A stretch of 64,000 nt of DNA, taken from assembly GCF_009914755.1 (NCBI RefSeq), contig NC_060931.1; one strand, written 5' to 3'. Numbering within the stretch: position 1 is the stretch's first letter; each line of letters opens with the position of its first letter. The notes beneath the pieces were generated by a model, which saw only the letters and a program-made list of their open reading frames with translations, had not been told where the DNA came from and made no database searches. This document shows, piece by piece, positions 1 through 15,330 of the stretch. This DNA is from the human T2T-CHM13v2.0 reference genome, Homo sapiens. A program made the translations under genes and the position numbers.

Positions 1-149
1 TGAATGAAGGAACACATGAAGAACCAGCTTTAAGGAAGACAGTGTGTTTTTGAGGGGCAGAATTAGTGATGTTTAATTCTCATGTATAAAGACCTTTATA
101 ATAGCAGGTGAAGAAATGGGGATGTAGATTTTGAAGTCAGACATTTGTA

Positions 150-420
150 AGTATTAAAAATGAGAGTAAATTAAATTATGTCTTTCAAGAATTACACATC
201 AAGCAAGAAGTACAATGAGCAGAGAAAGGAAATCTAAAGAACTCTAAGAGTTAGGAATCAGAGCAGGAAAAAATGATCAGATTTAAAGAAGGGAAATAAA
301 CAGCACGGTTTCATGGAAACCAAGTAGAGTTTCAAGAAGAAAGGGGTAGGCAATGGCTTTAATTGCAGAAAAAGTTTCAGTAACTGGAAGTGATATTTGG
401 ATTTGGCAATGGTTAGAATG
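150..420 (-). mobile_element. Degenerate L2 LINE fragment
   Basis: Purine-rich stretch (catggaaaccaagtagagtttcaagaag...tttggatttggcaatgg) resembling the antisense L2 3' region; boundaries approximate. Confidence 0.5.
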
Positions 421-1499
421 TTTTTCTGATTAAAAAAACACATTCAGATGTTTGTTCTTCCTTTGAATCCTCTGGGAAAATACTGCCTTTCACTAGTGCC
501 ATAGAGTCATGATTGTTTTTCTTGCTTTAATAATTCTGCAATGAAGTGTAGAAAACAACAACGGAAAGATGAGGGTTCCCTAGCATCCTCCCTGTCCACT
601 TTGACAGTTTCCACTGTCAGTTTGAGTCCTGGAGTGGAAGTAAACCACCTACTCTGACTGTGGAATTCTTAAACCAAACCGGGGAGTCAGATGCAGTCAT
701 ATCCCAACACACATTGCTCCAGGACTTCTGTCTTATTGACTTGGTCCCTGTCAACAAAGCTCTCCTGGTGTTGATATTTCCTCCTAGGAAATGTTACCAC
801 TGTATCACCACCTATTTTTGTTTCTGGTGGTTTGTGTGGTGAATATACACCATTCTTTTTCATTGCCCACCTCCTGAAACCTCTCTTTCAAATGGGAAAT
901 TTCCTGCCATGGAATCCTGATAAGTTGACAATTTCAGCTACTTGTTCTATCAGTGTTCATATTACTTGCCTGTTGTATCTTAGATCCATTTCCTTTCTTG
1001 CCCTGCTCAGTTCTTTATCACAGGAAAATACAATGGACTTCTGGGGAGGTTGGGTCAATGGAAAGCACTGATGAATGTTCAGAAGTTGGGAAGAGTGGAG
1101 AGGCAAGGCATTTTTATGTCTCTCATTCCATCTGAGACAGCATCTCTGTTGCATTTCCTCCATGACTCTAACTCCAGGGACAATGTTTTCCCTCCAGGTC
1201 CTAACATTAGCTAGGCATTTTCCATTTGCAGCTTTAGTTACAACCAGATTTTCCTCTCTTTTGAGCTCTGGCTGCACCAGTTGTTTCTCTAGCATCAGAA
1301 ATATCAGTAGCTTTCTCTTGCTGTTAATCTCTGAGGCTGTCTCACTGTTCTGTTTGGCTTAGCTCTTTCATCACCTGCATTACCAATCCACTATATTAGT
1401 AAGATCAAGTGGTTTCCTGGATCTACAAACTAAACTAGGCTCTGACTACCTTGCTTAGTCTCCTCTTTAGCTGACTGCAGGTTGCCTTAGGGACCCATC

Positions 1500-1854
1500 A
1501 ATCGGATACATCTATTCTGGAAAGTGAAAAGGTTGCTGGTGCCATAATAAAGACAGAACTAGACCACAGAGAATCTTCTCTGGTAGTTACATGACTTACA
1601 TTGGGGGTTCTGGTGCCACTTTGCTAATAATGGTATACAGTGCCACATCTGAGAGTTGCAAGAGGTACAACCTGCCATGCCCAGGACTTAGTGGTAGCAG
1701 CAGCAATTTAGAAGTATGATTTAGGGCATTGTTACGTCCTCACTGAGTTTTTCAGTCTTCTAGGGAACTCTATACACCATTTTTTCAATAAATTATTTGC
1801 CTAAGACAATATAAATTGCTTCTTTTGCTTGCTACTAAAAACACTGACTGATAC
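1500..1854 (+). mobile_element. Old ERVL/MaLR-type LTR remnant
   Basis: Ends in aataaa...tgcttgctactaaaaacactgactgataca, the typical 3' end of class III (MLT1/LTR16-type) LTRs; 5' boundary uncertain. Confidence 0.5.
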
Positions 1855-2214
1855 ATATTGAATCATAGGAGTTATATTGAAACCAATGCAGAAGAAGAAA
1901 AGGCAAGGGCAATAGTTGTAAGGAATAAGCCTGATTCTGACCAGCTCAGACTATTCCAATGCAATTCTACTTGACAACATCCTTGAATCCCAGATTTAGG
2001 GACAGCAATTTGGGTTGTTCTGGGTCAGAGGGTAGAGAAGGTATGGTGCAGGGATGTCTGTAAATTTCTCTAGACACCAACTTAGTTCTCTTTAGTGTGT
2101 AGTACTGTTGCCAAGATTTGTGCATCTATCTTCAGGGCTATTTCAATGGGGTCTTGGGAGATGGTTTGACACTATTCATCAGCTAAAATGTCACTACAGT
2201 GCCCAGTCTCTGTA

Positions 2215-2368
2215 ACATCATTCTGTTATTTATTTTTTATTTTCCTGTCTCCCAGACGGGACAGTGATCTCCTTAACAACAAACACAGTGTCACGCTGCT
2301 CCACATTCTAGGACCTGGCACAGAACAGAAATGATAGTCAACAAATATTTACAGAATACGTGAATGGA
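2215..2368 (+). mobile_element. L2 3' end
   Basis: cctggcacagaacag...caacaaatatttacagaatacgtgaatgga resembles the L2 terminus. Confidence 0.55.
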
Positions 2369-2871
2369 TTCTGGAGAGCCAGACTGAGAAACAAAATTTT
2401 TGTTCTGTTTTGTTTCTGAAAATGCAATCATGGGATTTAGAACACTGTGTTTGAGAAGAGTACACAATTTCATTTAGTTTAACTGTTCTCTAGCCTCCCC
2501 CAGACTTCCTCCCTGAAATCTCTCTATAAGATCCCTTCCATGATTATTCAATAAAATTTCACCTCTAGGAAAACTTCCTTGTAAATAGTTATTCCTTCTT
2601 CTGTGGTATAATATTACTTTGCACTTATGTGAATTATAAGAATTATTGTATAGCATGATAGTAATGTGTCTAATTGTCTGTATCCTCTTTTAAACTTGGA
2701 CTGTTTAAATCCAGAGCCATGTACTATAACACCAATTCTTTGCATGATCTCTGACACATTTTAAGAGTAAGGTTCTTCATAGGCACCTTAAAGGGGGTTG
2801 ATAATGGGATGGAGTCAATGAAACTAATTTCTGCAACGGCATGCAAAATTGCACATGGATACGAGCACTTT

Positions 2872-3162
2872 CTTTTTTTTTTAACTTTTATTTTAAGTTC
2901 AGGAGTACAAGTGCAAGTTTGTTACATAAGTAAACTCGTGTCATGGGGGTTCGTTGTACAGACGATTTCATCACCTAGGTGTTAAGCCTAGTACGCATTA
3001 GTTATTTTTCCTGATCCTCTCCCTCCTCCAACTCTCTGCCCCTTGAAAGGCCCCAGTGTCTGTTTTTCTCCTCTATGTGCCCGTGTTCTCATCATTTAGC
3101 TCCCACTTATAAGTGAGAACATGTGGTATTTGGTTTTCTGTTCCTGTGTTAGTTTGATAAGG
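2872..3162 (-). mobile_element. L1PA (older primate) 3' end, 5'-truncated
   Basis: Poly-T followed by ttaagttcaggagtacaagtgcaagtttgttaca...agctcccacttataagtgagaacatg, the antisense L1 3' UTR. Confidence 0.85.
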
Positions 3163-3578
3163 GAAAGTCCATAGATGTTTGAAAATGCTTGTTGAATGTA
3201 ATTTGATTGAACTACCTATTAAATATATTTCTGTTTTATATTTTAATTTTTATAATACAAACTGCAATATATTACAACAATATAATAACTGATATGATGT
3301 TATTGCCATGGACACTCTTTCCATAATAAAATATTAAAAACTGGGATAAGAGAAGAGAAGGAAATACTAGGCGACAATAATCTGTTCTCTCCCATTTGTT
3401 TTTTCTCCACTAGATAAGGAATTTCCCAACACTCTGTGCTGAGATGCTATCTATTATGAAATGGGAAGGACAGAAAAGCACCGAAGTAATAATTTTGGTT
3501 CGATTCTATTGAGGTATTAATGTCACTTCAATTGGATGCTCAATTTAAAAATTGCCGAATTTTTCTTGCCAGGCTTTT

Positions 3579-3913
3579 TCAGTTTGCAATCTTTTATTTG
3601 AACTCCCTGGGGTCAGATGAGTTTTCAAATTTTGGAATGTTCTACATATCAAAAGAATTATACAGTGCCTTTACTGCAAATCAGACAACACCCTAGCAGA
3701 ATTAGGGTAGCACCTCAGAGTCCAACACATTAATAATTCGGCAGGAAATTGTAGGAATATTCAGAGTGAGAGGGATAAAGACTATAAATAAAGCAATGTC
3801 ATTTCAGCTAAATTTTGCAGCCAAAAGAGTTCGATTACGTAGTTTCACTACCAAGAAAAGTTTAGTTTTCACAGTTCAGATATCCAATTTTGGATATCGA
3901 AATTGTAGACTTG
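3579..3913. mobile_element. TcMar-Tigger DNA transposon fossil, MER46C-like
   Basis: Degenerate terminal inverted repeats (cagtttgcaatc... / ...gaaattgtagacttg) and internal ctggggtcagatgagttttcaaattttgg match the recalled consensus. Confidence 0.55.
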
Positions 3914-4559
3914 TATTGGACTTTTACTACTGGACTTTTTGTTATGAAGTTTGCATTAGAACAATTGGTCTTAAACTGTATCAACTTCAAGCTTATTAGA
4001 AATTGAGCTAATGGAAAGCTCTTATTGGCAAATAAATAGTGGGAGAAGAGTAATGAGTAAATGAAATGTGGAGAAAGGAAACACTGACATCTTAAATATT
4101 ATCTGCTACAGAGATGATTTAAAGTTTTAGAGATTATGTATGTTTCGTGACATACATAAAACACACACACATGCACACGCACACTGATAACCAACAGAAA
4201 ACACAGAACATTAAAGGGTATATAAGCACGATTAAAATTACTTTGGATTCATACATGTGTTAGAGGTTCATTGAGAAACTATGGGGGGAAGTGGAATATG
4301 GAACAATGAGATTGCCATGGCCCCTACCCTCATCACGCTTAATCTTCACATATGGAGATTAGATGTACACTCATGAAGCGGTTAAAAATGAAATAAAGGA
4401 GCAAGACTTTCTGAGCACAGTGATATTTAGAAAACCTCTGTTTATAGTGTGGACTTAGTAGTAAAATTGTCTTTGGCAGGCAGTGAAAGTGCAGTTTATG
4501 GGTCAGATGTTCCAGTTAAGACCTTTCGTTTCCTTGTTTTCACAGGATGATCTACTCTA

Positions 4560-5004
<445 letters not shown>

Positions 5005-6403
5005 TCATGCTGTCATGAACATTTTTTAAGTTAAAATGTTTTTTCAATTAGAATTGACAATAGTAAGAAGACTTCTCAAGAGCATGTTCATCAAAACATG
5101 GGAAGACAGTTTACTTATTCGTGTGTTTCATTATGACAATGTGTTTATCAATTATCAGTTACAATTTCTAATATAATAAAACTTTGTTCAGCCACATATT
5201 TAAAATGCAGGCTTAACAAAATTATTCTTGGTAATAATGTTTTCATAAAACTATTTCAACATAACAAATTATGATCATCCCTTCAACAGCATTATTCCCC
5301 AAAACTCAAAGTAACAGCAGGTGCAAGGGTCGTAACCAAATTCTATTTGTTCCTTATAGAGCAGTAATTCATGGAACTGGGATTTGGGAGACCCTATGAT
5401 CTACTGATCAGTGTATTCCATCTGCTGCCCCACCAATATCTACCCTTTTCTTCAGAATATGCCACCATATCATTTCTTCAGGAATTATCCAAAGAAACCA
5501 AAGAGACAGTATTTCTTTGAGGAAACAGCAACACTATCAGCTTCCTAGTGGGTGGCTTAAGGAGAGTGACAGATGCCAGCCAAGCTTCATTATCAGAGTA
5601 ATGTAATTGTAACTGATGATTGTCACAGCTTTCAGATTTTCCCCTTGGAGTGTTTCTTTCCTCTGTTGATGTCTTTTCTCTAGATTTTCTCCAGAACCTT
5701 TTGCCTTCGCAACTCACTTTCTAATTCTTCTTATTTTTATAACTCTTGTTCTTCTACCTCCCTCCAAAGTCTAGAGCAAGTATATTAGAATGGGAAATTT
5801 AAGAACCACAGAGAGTTTGAAAATAAATAAATGAATACAAACTCTTTGGATTACAGGATATTTGATTTAGAAACATTATGTAATAATATGAAATATATTA
5901 ATTACTATACTTACGTTGTCTATAGAGATTAAGATATGTATAAAATGTGTGAAAGACTCTATGTGAACTAGCATTCACCACAAGGAAAAATTAGTAAACA
6001 CGTTTTAATCAGATTTTCTTTCCTGTCTAGATTAAAGGCTCAGATCAAACATCTATTATTGATTGAGCTAATAAGAATTTAACTGTCTATTAAAAGTAAA
6101 TAGCCGTATTCCCAAATTTGAAATGAATTAATACAAAAGAAAAAAATATAAAGTGATTCTGACAAAAGGAAGAAAAATATGAATGACATTTATAAAAAAA
6201 AGTCAGTAGTGTAGTTACTTTGAAATCACTGCTGAATGAAGACTCCATCCCCATAAATTTGGGAAACAGAAATGTTTTGGACCCCTATGAATTCAATTAA
6301 TAAAACATCAAATTGAAGTTCTAAAAACTGCCCAGTGGGAATGGTTTATATAGAATTCAATGCTGAAGTGTTTTTCTCAAATAATTTCTGCTCCCCTCAA
6401 AGC

Positions 6404-6549
6404 GCACACACACACACACACAGACAGACACACACACAAAATATGATGTACCACTATATCACGTTATAATAGCTAACACGTGCACAGACACACACACACA
6501 TTCATGGACACACATAAAACATAATGTACCACTATATCATGTTATAATA
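6404..6549. repeat. (CA)n tracts plus a 26-bp direct repeat (period 78)
   Basis: atgtaccactatatca[c/t]gttataata at 6446-6471 and 6524-6549, each preceded by CA repeats. Confidence 0.9.
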
Positions 6550-7917
6550 TATCAGGAGGTCATTCTCTGTGAGTTAACAAAAACAAATGTAGAATTGAAC
6601 ACATCATTTTTCTTTGGGTCATAAATAATTTATCTTTCAGAGTTACTGCAAACTTTCATGAAATTTGTATGGCAAGTATTCAAGTATTTAACAGATGACT
6701 CACTCATAAAAGATTTCAAAGACATGGGTAAACTATGTAGTATCTTACAAGGTAATTTGTACTAACAGAAAAAGAAAAAAAGAGTGGGGTAAAGAGATGA
6801 AAAGTTATGTTATTATAAAATGTATTTTGAGAAGTATAAAAAATACCAATCCTCATTAACAGAGAGATCTGTATCTGGTGTGATCAGGTTGAACTTTTCA
6901 AATAACACACCAAAGAATCATTTAAGAATTTCTATTATCAGGGTTGGTTTTCTCACGTAAACTCAGTTCTTCCCCTAAGAAAAGGTTCAACACTGGTGTA
7001 TGTACATCACAAAAGTATTTTCTAATGATTCAGGATTTGCATGTAAATAGTTATAGTATTATAATACTTGGGAAAACAGGAAGGCAAATTTAGGAATACA
7101 CTTAACAAAGTTCTACTTAAAATAAATCTCCTGAGAATTTCAACATTATCTCAGCTAATTACAGATAATATGCATTTAAACTTTGGCAGTGTCTGTAGAC
7201 ACTTGAGGGGGTATATTGAAGCAAGCATAAAAGTTGGTCTAATCCTAATTATTTTGATATTTCAGTTGTGACAAATGCTGTGTAGATTCCCGGCAAGAAC
7301 ATAAAGAAGAAATGATATGACATGAATAGGTAGATAAGTTGTCATGGGAAAGCACATTAGAAATTTAAAAAAAAAAAAAAGGATTGTAATCTTAACAAAC
7401 GCTAACAAAAAACAGACAATTTAATAGTGAAGAGATAAGAGCAAATAAAAACCTCCAAGCAATTAGATCCATTATAAGTGATAGTTAATGATATAACAAG
7501 TGAGTGTCAAATAGGGATCACCACAGTAAAACAAAATTTTATCCATTCAGCCTGGGATTTTGAAGCCATGAAAAACGTAGACATTGTTTGTTGTTACTGC
7601 TGCTTGAAATGATGCCTGATAATATGTAAGATGAACTGAGGTCTTTCAGTTAGAATTTGCTGGAGCATATTTGATGGTGACGGACAAACTGATATCTTCT
7701 CTTTTGACCCTTCAACTGACCTTCAAGTCCATCCACTTGAACACGACTTTCCATCAAAAATCTCTTCCTCCTCCCCTGCCTTTCCATTTGCCTTTAACAT
7801 CCTCTGTTTCAGCTTCTGGCACTATATTGTATTGGAACAAATCATCAGGACTCTACATCACTCCCTTGTTCTCACGTTTTGTCAAGGTCTTTCCTGTCTT
7901 GTCTACATACACTTCAT

Positions 7918-8115
7918 CAAGCTTGTCCCACCTGCATCCCAGGGACCGCATGCAACCCAACACACATTTATAAATTTTCTTAAATATTTTAAGATTTTGT
8001 TGCCATTTTTATTAGCTCATCAGCTATCATTAGTGTTAGTGTATTTTATGTGTGTTCCAGGACCATTCTTCTTCTTCCAATGTGGCTCAGGGGAACCAAA
8101 AGACTGGACATCCTT
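7918..8115 (-). mobile_element. MER30-like hAT-Charlie MITE
   Basis: caagcttgtcc... start; agctcatcagctatcattagtgttagtgtattttatgtg and cttcttccaatgtggctcaggggaaccaaaagactggaca match antisense MER30. Confidence 0.85.
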
Positions 8116-8550
8116 CACTAGATGTTTGCAGGTTTCTGTAGGTTCATACTTTAGTAGTTAGCAAGGAATATTTAAGATTGAACATTTGAGAAAGCTGCAA
8201 ACTTATTAAAAATAATGTTTATAAATGAAACTTACTCATTCTTCCTTCCTTCTACAACAGCATCTTAGTTTATCTCCGAGCTAGTCCAGCAGGCCACATG
8301 TTTTTCACTCACAGATGTTCCATAGCGTTTCCTAAAACCTTACATTTTCACTTACTTCTCTTATTACCCCCATTCTGGAACTAGCATATAAGAAGTTTTA
8401 TTAATAACTGACATAGACAGAAATGGTAATTCCACGGCTGGATAAAAGGCCTCAGGTGAATTTTAGCATTATCCCTTTTACAAGATGGATTGACATTAAA
8501 GGTCATTACAGCAAAGCTCTTCCACCAATTCACTTCATAAAGAAGAATGG

Positions 8551-8886
<336 letters not shown>

Positions 8887-9422
8887 TTAGTTAATCTATG
8901 GAACTACTGTTTTCCTAATTGTCATCACAAAGACGATTAGACAAACTTGAATCTAGTTAATGTTTTCACAGTATGGAAAGCAACAAATATTAAAAAGTTG
9001 GGAGCAACAATGACAAAAATTAGGCAGTTAACTAACAAACTTCAACTGAGAAAAATAGCCTTTATTATTCTAAAAGGCAAATACATTTTATATTATTAGT
9101 GCTTTATTAAAACATTTATACTTTAAATAATCAGATATTTCAATAAAGTTTAAGTGTCACTGCTTTCATTGATAATGAGAATCTAATCACCTTAAACATT
9201 CTCTTAATTTTTGCATTTGGTTACTCATTTTAGGTTACTAAGTTAAAGCTACTCTTTCACATAAAATTGCTTAAGAGACAGGTTTTATTAATATATGGGA
9301 TAAGACTCATGTTCTTCATACGTCTAAACAGCATGCAAAAAGAAGAACATGATAAAGTACACTTAAAACATAAAAAGACTGGAAATTATAGTGACTTGTA
9401 AATCATAGTATAAAAGGAAATC

Positions 9423-9510
9423 TTTTTATTATTATTATTATTATACTTTAAGTTTTAGGGTACATGTGCACAATGTGCAGGTTAGTTACATATGTATACA
9501 TGTGCCATGC
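9423..9510 (-). mobile_element. Very short young L1PA (PA2-PA4-like) 3' stub
   Basis: Reverse complement reads gcatggcacatgtatacatatgtaactaacctgcacattgtgcacatgtaccctaaaacttaaagtataataat..., the last ~70 nt of a young L1 plus tail. Confidence 0.93.
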
Positions 9511-9674
9511 AATTTTTGCCCTATATTCAATTTTATTCTATACAGTATCTCTAGCACGATAGCTAATTTGAATTTTTTTCTTAACTCAAGACATGGAAGC
9601 CTTGAGTTAAGAAAAAAATTAGCTATCGTGCTAGAGATACTGTATAGAATAAAATTGAATATAGGGCAAATATT
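9511..9674. repeat. Long near-perfect inverted repeat (70-bp stem, 10-nt loop)
   Basis: 9601-9670 is the exact reverse complement of 9515-9590 apart from 6 extra nt (aatttg, 9565-9570) in the left arm; loop acatggaagc at 9591-9600. Confidence 0.97.
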
Positions 9675-10914
9675 TTATTCATTGTACGCTAACTAAGATG
9701 TAAAAAGCTGAAATAATAGCATATATACATGCTTCAAGGACAAATATTAACAAATGTATGTTCATATAGCAGGTAGGAGAAAATCTATAGCAGTAAATCA
9801 GTCTAGGGTTTTTTTTTTCCTTTTTCTTTTGTCTGTTATATGGCTTCAATAAAATTAGAACTCTGAGCATTTTTCCAGGGTACATATTTTATAACAATTT
9901 CTAAGTGAAGTGCAGCTGGCAAGCTCCAAAGCCACAGCCACCTTTGATCACACAAATCTATAGTCTTTATTCTTCCCACACATGAGTAGAAGCTTGCTCT
10001 TTACTGGACCAATATAAAAATGTATTAATACTTTATAATGTAATTAATATACCATTTTATTTTTATATATCCATCTCATTACCTTTGCCTTTGAATTTCC
10101 TATTCCTAAGAACAGTGCATTTAATTTAGTCACACTCAACTCTTAATTAGTTGGTTCTAATTGGCTTTAAGTTCTAATTTATAAAAGATCACAAAGTCTC
10201 TATTAAATGAATATGTTTATAACATTATGACATCTCATGCAGAATAAATTTACAATTATATTTTCTTTTAAATTTCTGAAAGGAAACAGCTTCAGTGATA
10301 AGAACGAAAAGGCCAATGAAGAACAAGTAGTGAGGCTTCAGTAATGAATGTGAGAATAAGTAACTACCAGAATCCCTGATGATTGGGCCTCAGCATTTAA
10401 AACTGTCTCTGGACATTATATTACTACTAAGAAAACATTTATTTTTAAGATACATTTCCTGGTATCAATGCATGTTTGATTTGAAGTGTTCATATTTTAA
10501 AATTTAGTGTAATGGATTGCAAAGGTGTTTACAGAGTAACTTTTTAGGAGAATAAGAAAAATAATTTTTTTTCAGATAACATGTTTGTTACCATGTTGCT
10601 TTGTATAGTAAATAATCTTGTACTATTTGGATTAGGGTATGAAATGAATAGAAATTCAAAATGTCATTCTCAATCAATATCTTATTTATCTTTAGACTCT
10701 TTCTTGCCCAAGATATAGCATAGTTTCTTGGTCATGGTAGTTATTTCCAAATATTTTAAAATTACAGTCTGTTTAGGGAGAGGAGAAGTTCATTTATTAT
10801 AAATGGTCAGAAGTGGAGAGTTTTAATTGATAGCCTGTGTATCTGTGTGACTGGAATCATCTAAAAATATATCGATGAAAAAAAGTTTTCTGGTGGGCTT
10901 TTGACTTACTGAGA

Positions 10915-11408
10915 GACAGCTTTTCTATACTCTGCTCTGTGACTCAAGGATTGAGAATCTCAAACAATATTCCTCAGACCATCTGAAAAGAGCAACTATT
11001 ACAAGGAGATTGAAAGGTGGGAAGAGGGATTCCTACTCTTTTTCCTACTTCTGTCAGCATTACACTTGCAGGAGGTTGGCTCTGGCCACCACCTTTCTTT
11101 TAGCATCCATAGTACCAATAACAGTTACAGAGCTTCCTGTTAAAAATCTGGGCACTACATGGAGTACCATGTGTCTGAGCCCCTAGAATCAATGTAACAT
11201 CACTGTTTCCTTTATACTCAAAGTTCTAGGTAGTTATTGTAGTTTTCTGTAGTTATTTCTGTAGTTATTTTCCCAGGTTTACACCACTGATCCTTTATTG
11301 CTCTTTCTACCTTCCAAATCCCAAGTATACAATCCCATCTATTAAATTCTCACTACTTGAAATATCTCATATGGTTCCTGTTTTTTAGATTGTAGCTTAA
11401 CGATAGAC
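10915..11408 (+). mobile_element. Old ERVL LTR remnant (LTR33/LTR41-like)
   Basis: ctctgctctgtgactc...ggagattgaaaggtgggaagaggg...attaaattctcactacttgaaatatctc...gttcctgttttt resembles this LTR group. Confidence 0.5.
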
Positions 11409-11589
11409 CTATGTTAGGACCTAATATTTACTTGACTGCTTTAACCAAAAGCTTATAAAAGTGGTTACTTTTTTGTTTTTATTTTCTTTTTGGTATCTCA
11501 GAGAAATATCTAAGTAATAGGTGAGCCTGGATGACTGTCTGGGAGTTAGTGTTCCATTAGCTGAACTGAGAATCAAAGCATCTTTATAT

Positions 11590-11894
11590 CAGGGTCAGCA
11601 AACACTTTTTCTGTAAAGGTCAAGATACTAAGCATTTTATGCTTTGTAGGCAAAGAGGATATTATGCAAGTACTTTTATTACAAGAGAGAAAATAAATAT
11701 CTACAAATTTTGTATTAATGATAATCAAAATTTCTGTACACTCTAATTTGAATTTCTTGCAGTTTTCACAAGTCACAAAATGTTGGTCTTTTTATTTCTT
11801 ACCAATATTTAAAAATGGGAGAATCATTCTTAGCTTGCAGGTCAAACACAGTGGTGGGCAAGATTTGGCTACAAAATGTAGTTTGCTTACCATG
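11590..11894 (+). mobile_element. MER58-like hAT-Charlie MITE
   Basis: cagggtcagcaaacactttttctgtaaaggtcaagat at the start and ggtgggcaagatttggct...tagtttgct at the end. Confidence 0.8.
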
Positions 11895-11999
11895 TTCCTA
11901 TTTTTGCTTCACCATGGCCCAGAATGTTGATATCTTCCCGGGATTTAAGATGGCTCAACAAAACTGTTTATATTCCAGCCAGTATTAAAACAGAAAACT

Positions 12000-13650
<1,651 letters not shown>

Positions 13651-14361
13651 CACCTGAAATGGATAGCAACCCGATTCTTAAAATGAGAATTTTTTTTTAC
13701 CTTGTTACCAAGATGCCTATGTGTGTTGTTTATAGATAAGGTACAGACACTTATTGATTGTACACAGAACACAGGGTTTTCTTTCTAGGTTATCTCCATT
13801 CCAGGAATCTCTTCTCATTTTCCAGAACAACTGATAATTTTTTTATTAGAGCTTCAGCTTTACCTTTCTGTGCTATGAACATAGTCCACCCTCAGGCCAA
13901 ATCCACAAAAATAGGGAGCATATATACTAGTTCCTTTCTTAAAGCTTCAACTTCCCTCCAAAATCCACCTACTTTTCTTCACTTCCTGGAGCCCTCAGGT
14001 AGTTGTTTTTTGCATTGGTCCAGAGTCTATTCATATTATATTTGGGATGATCAGTATTTTAAAGGTTTACTCTGCCAAGATGGTAGCAGAACTCCACTAA
14101 TTCTAATGCTGTTTTTAGTGCAATCTTCTGCCTAACCCATCAATTGATTCTAAAATTTGATAATGATCTCCTTCATTTCTCAATCTTTTGTTATCGTTGT
14201 TGTTGTTGTTTACAGTTGGTCAGGTAATTTTTTACAAGTTCTTATTTCTTGTTTATAGTTTCTAAATCCATATTTTGCTGCTTCCAACAATGTGAAAATA
14301 ATTATTTTATATTATGCATTAAATAATTCCAGTATTAACAGTTCTTAGAAATATAAATACA

Positions 14362-14674
14362 GCACTGGGCACGGTGGCTCATGCCTGTAATCCCAGCTCT
14401 TTGGAGGCCAAGGTAGGTGGATCACTTGATGTCAGGAGTTCGAGACCAGCCTGGCCAGCATGGTAAAACTCCTTCTCTACTAAAAACACAAAACATTAGC
14501 TGGGTGTGGTAGCAGGCACCTGTAGTCTCAGCTACTCGGAAGGCTGAGGCACCAGAATCATTTGAACCCAGGAGGTAGAGGTTGCAGTGAGCCAAGATCA
14601 TGCCACTGCACTCCAGCATAGGTGACAGAGCGAGACTCTATCTCAAAATAAATAAATAAATAAAAAAGAAAGAA
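14362..14674 (+). mobile_element. AluS (Sz-like), full length
   Basis: Dimeric Alu with 15-bp TSD agaaatataaataca at 14347-14361 and 14675-14689. Confidence 0.96.
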
Positions 14675-15273
14675 AGAAATATAAATACACTGTTCAATGT
14701 CAGTCATGGGGCTTTCTTCCTTGTGTGTTTTATGTTTTATTATATGTTTATATTAGGCTTTTTAAAGGGATATTATTTGAATTTTCATCTGTCATATTTC
14801 TTCTAGTTTTGTACACCCAGGGCCTCTTCAATTTTTCTGTGTGGGATTTTCTGAACCTTAAAATTTGAGAAAATTTAAATTATAATTAATGTGAGGAAGG
14901 TCTATGGTTGCAAAATCTCAGCTTTGTGTGTTTGTTCGTTTGTTTTCCCATTCTGAATCTTCCTGAAATAAACAAGTTATCTTGTCATATTCATTGGCTT
15001 TCAGGCTACATTTTCTATCGCCCCCTTCATTGACATTGTAGCCTTTTGGGGCTTTTGTTTTATATAATTCTCAATTCCAATTTGTCACTTTGTAAGAGGC
15101 CTAGTTATTGTATTAATTTCACAATAGTGCCTTTAAAACTGAAGTCTGGTTTCTAGCCAAAGCAAATGTCCAAATAGCAACTATGGTTTCCATATTTGCT
15201 TACTCCTTTGATTATATTTCTAAATTTGCGTAAGCTCAACAATTCATTTAAAGACTTTGCTTCAATTTTTTTA

Positions 15274-15330
15274 TACCTAGGTGTTTCATAATATCTAGTC
15301 TACCTAGGTTTTTCAGAATATCTAGTCTAC
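15274..15330. repeat. 27-bp tandem duplication
   Basis: tacctaggtgtttcataatatctagtc followed by tacctaggtttttcagaatatctagtc. Confidence 0.9.

Noticed and set aside
957-1295. 112-aa minus-strand ORF
   Set aside because: No recognisable domain; starts at a non-ATG codon and lies in sequence that may be old LTR-derived.
9511-9674. Calling the hairpin a microRNA gene or a MITE
   Set aside because: I do not recognise a known miRNA or transposon terminal repeat and have no expression evidence; reported only as a structural finding.
10262-10355. Possible short exon (ttttctttaaatttctgaaag acceptor, gtgaga donor); similar isolated acceptors near 4545, 21019 and 30813
   Set aside because: Such signals are frequent in AT-rich DNA, and no consistent reading frame or exon chain can be supported from sequence alone.
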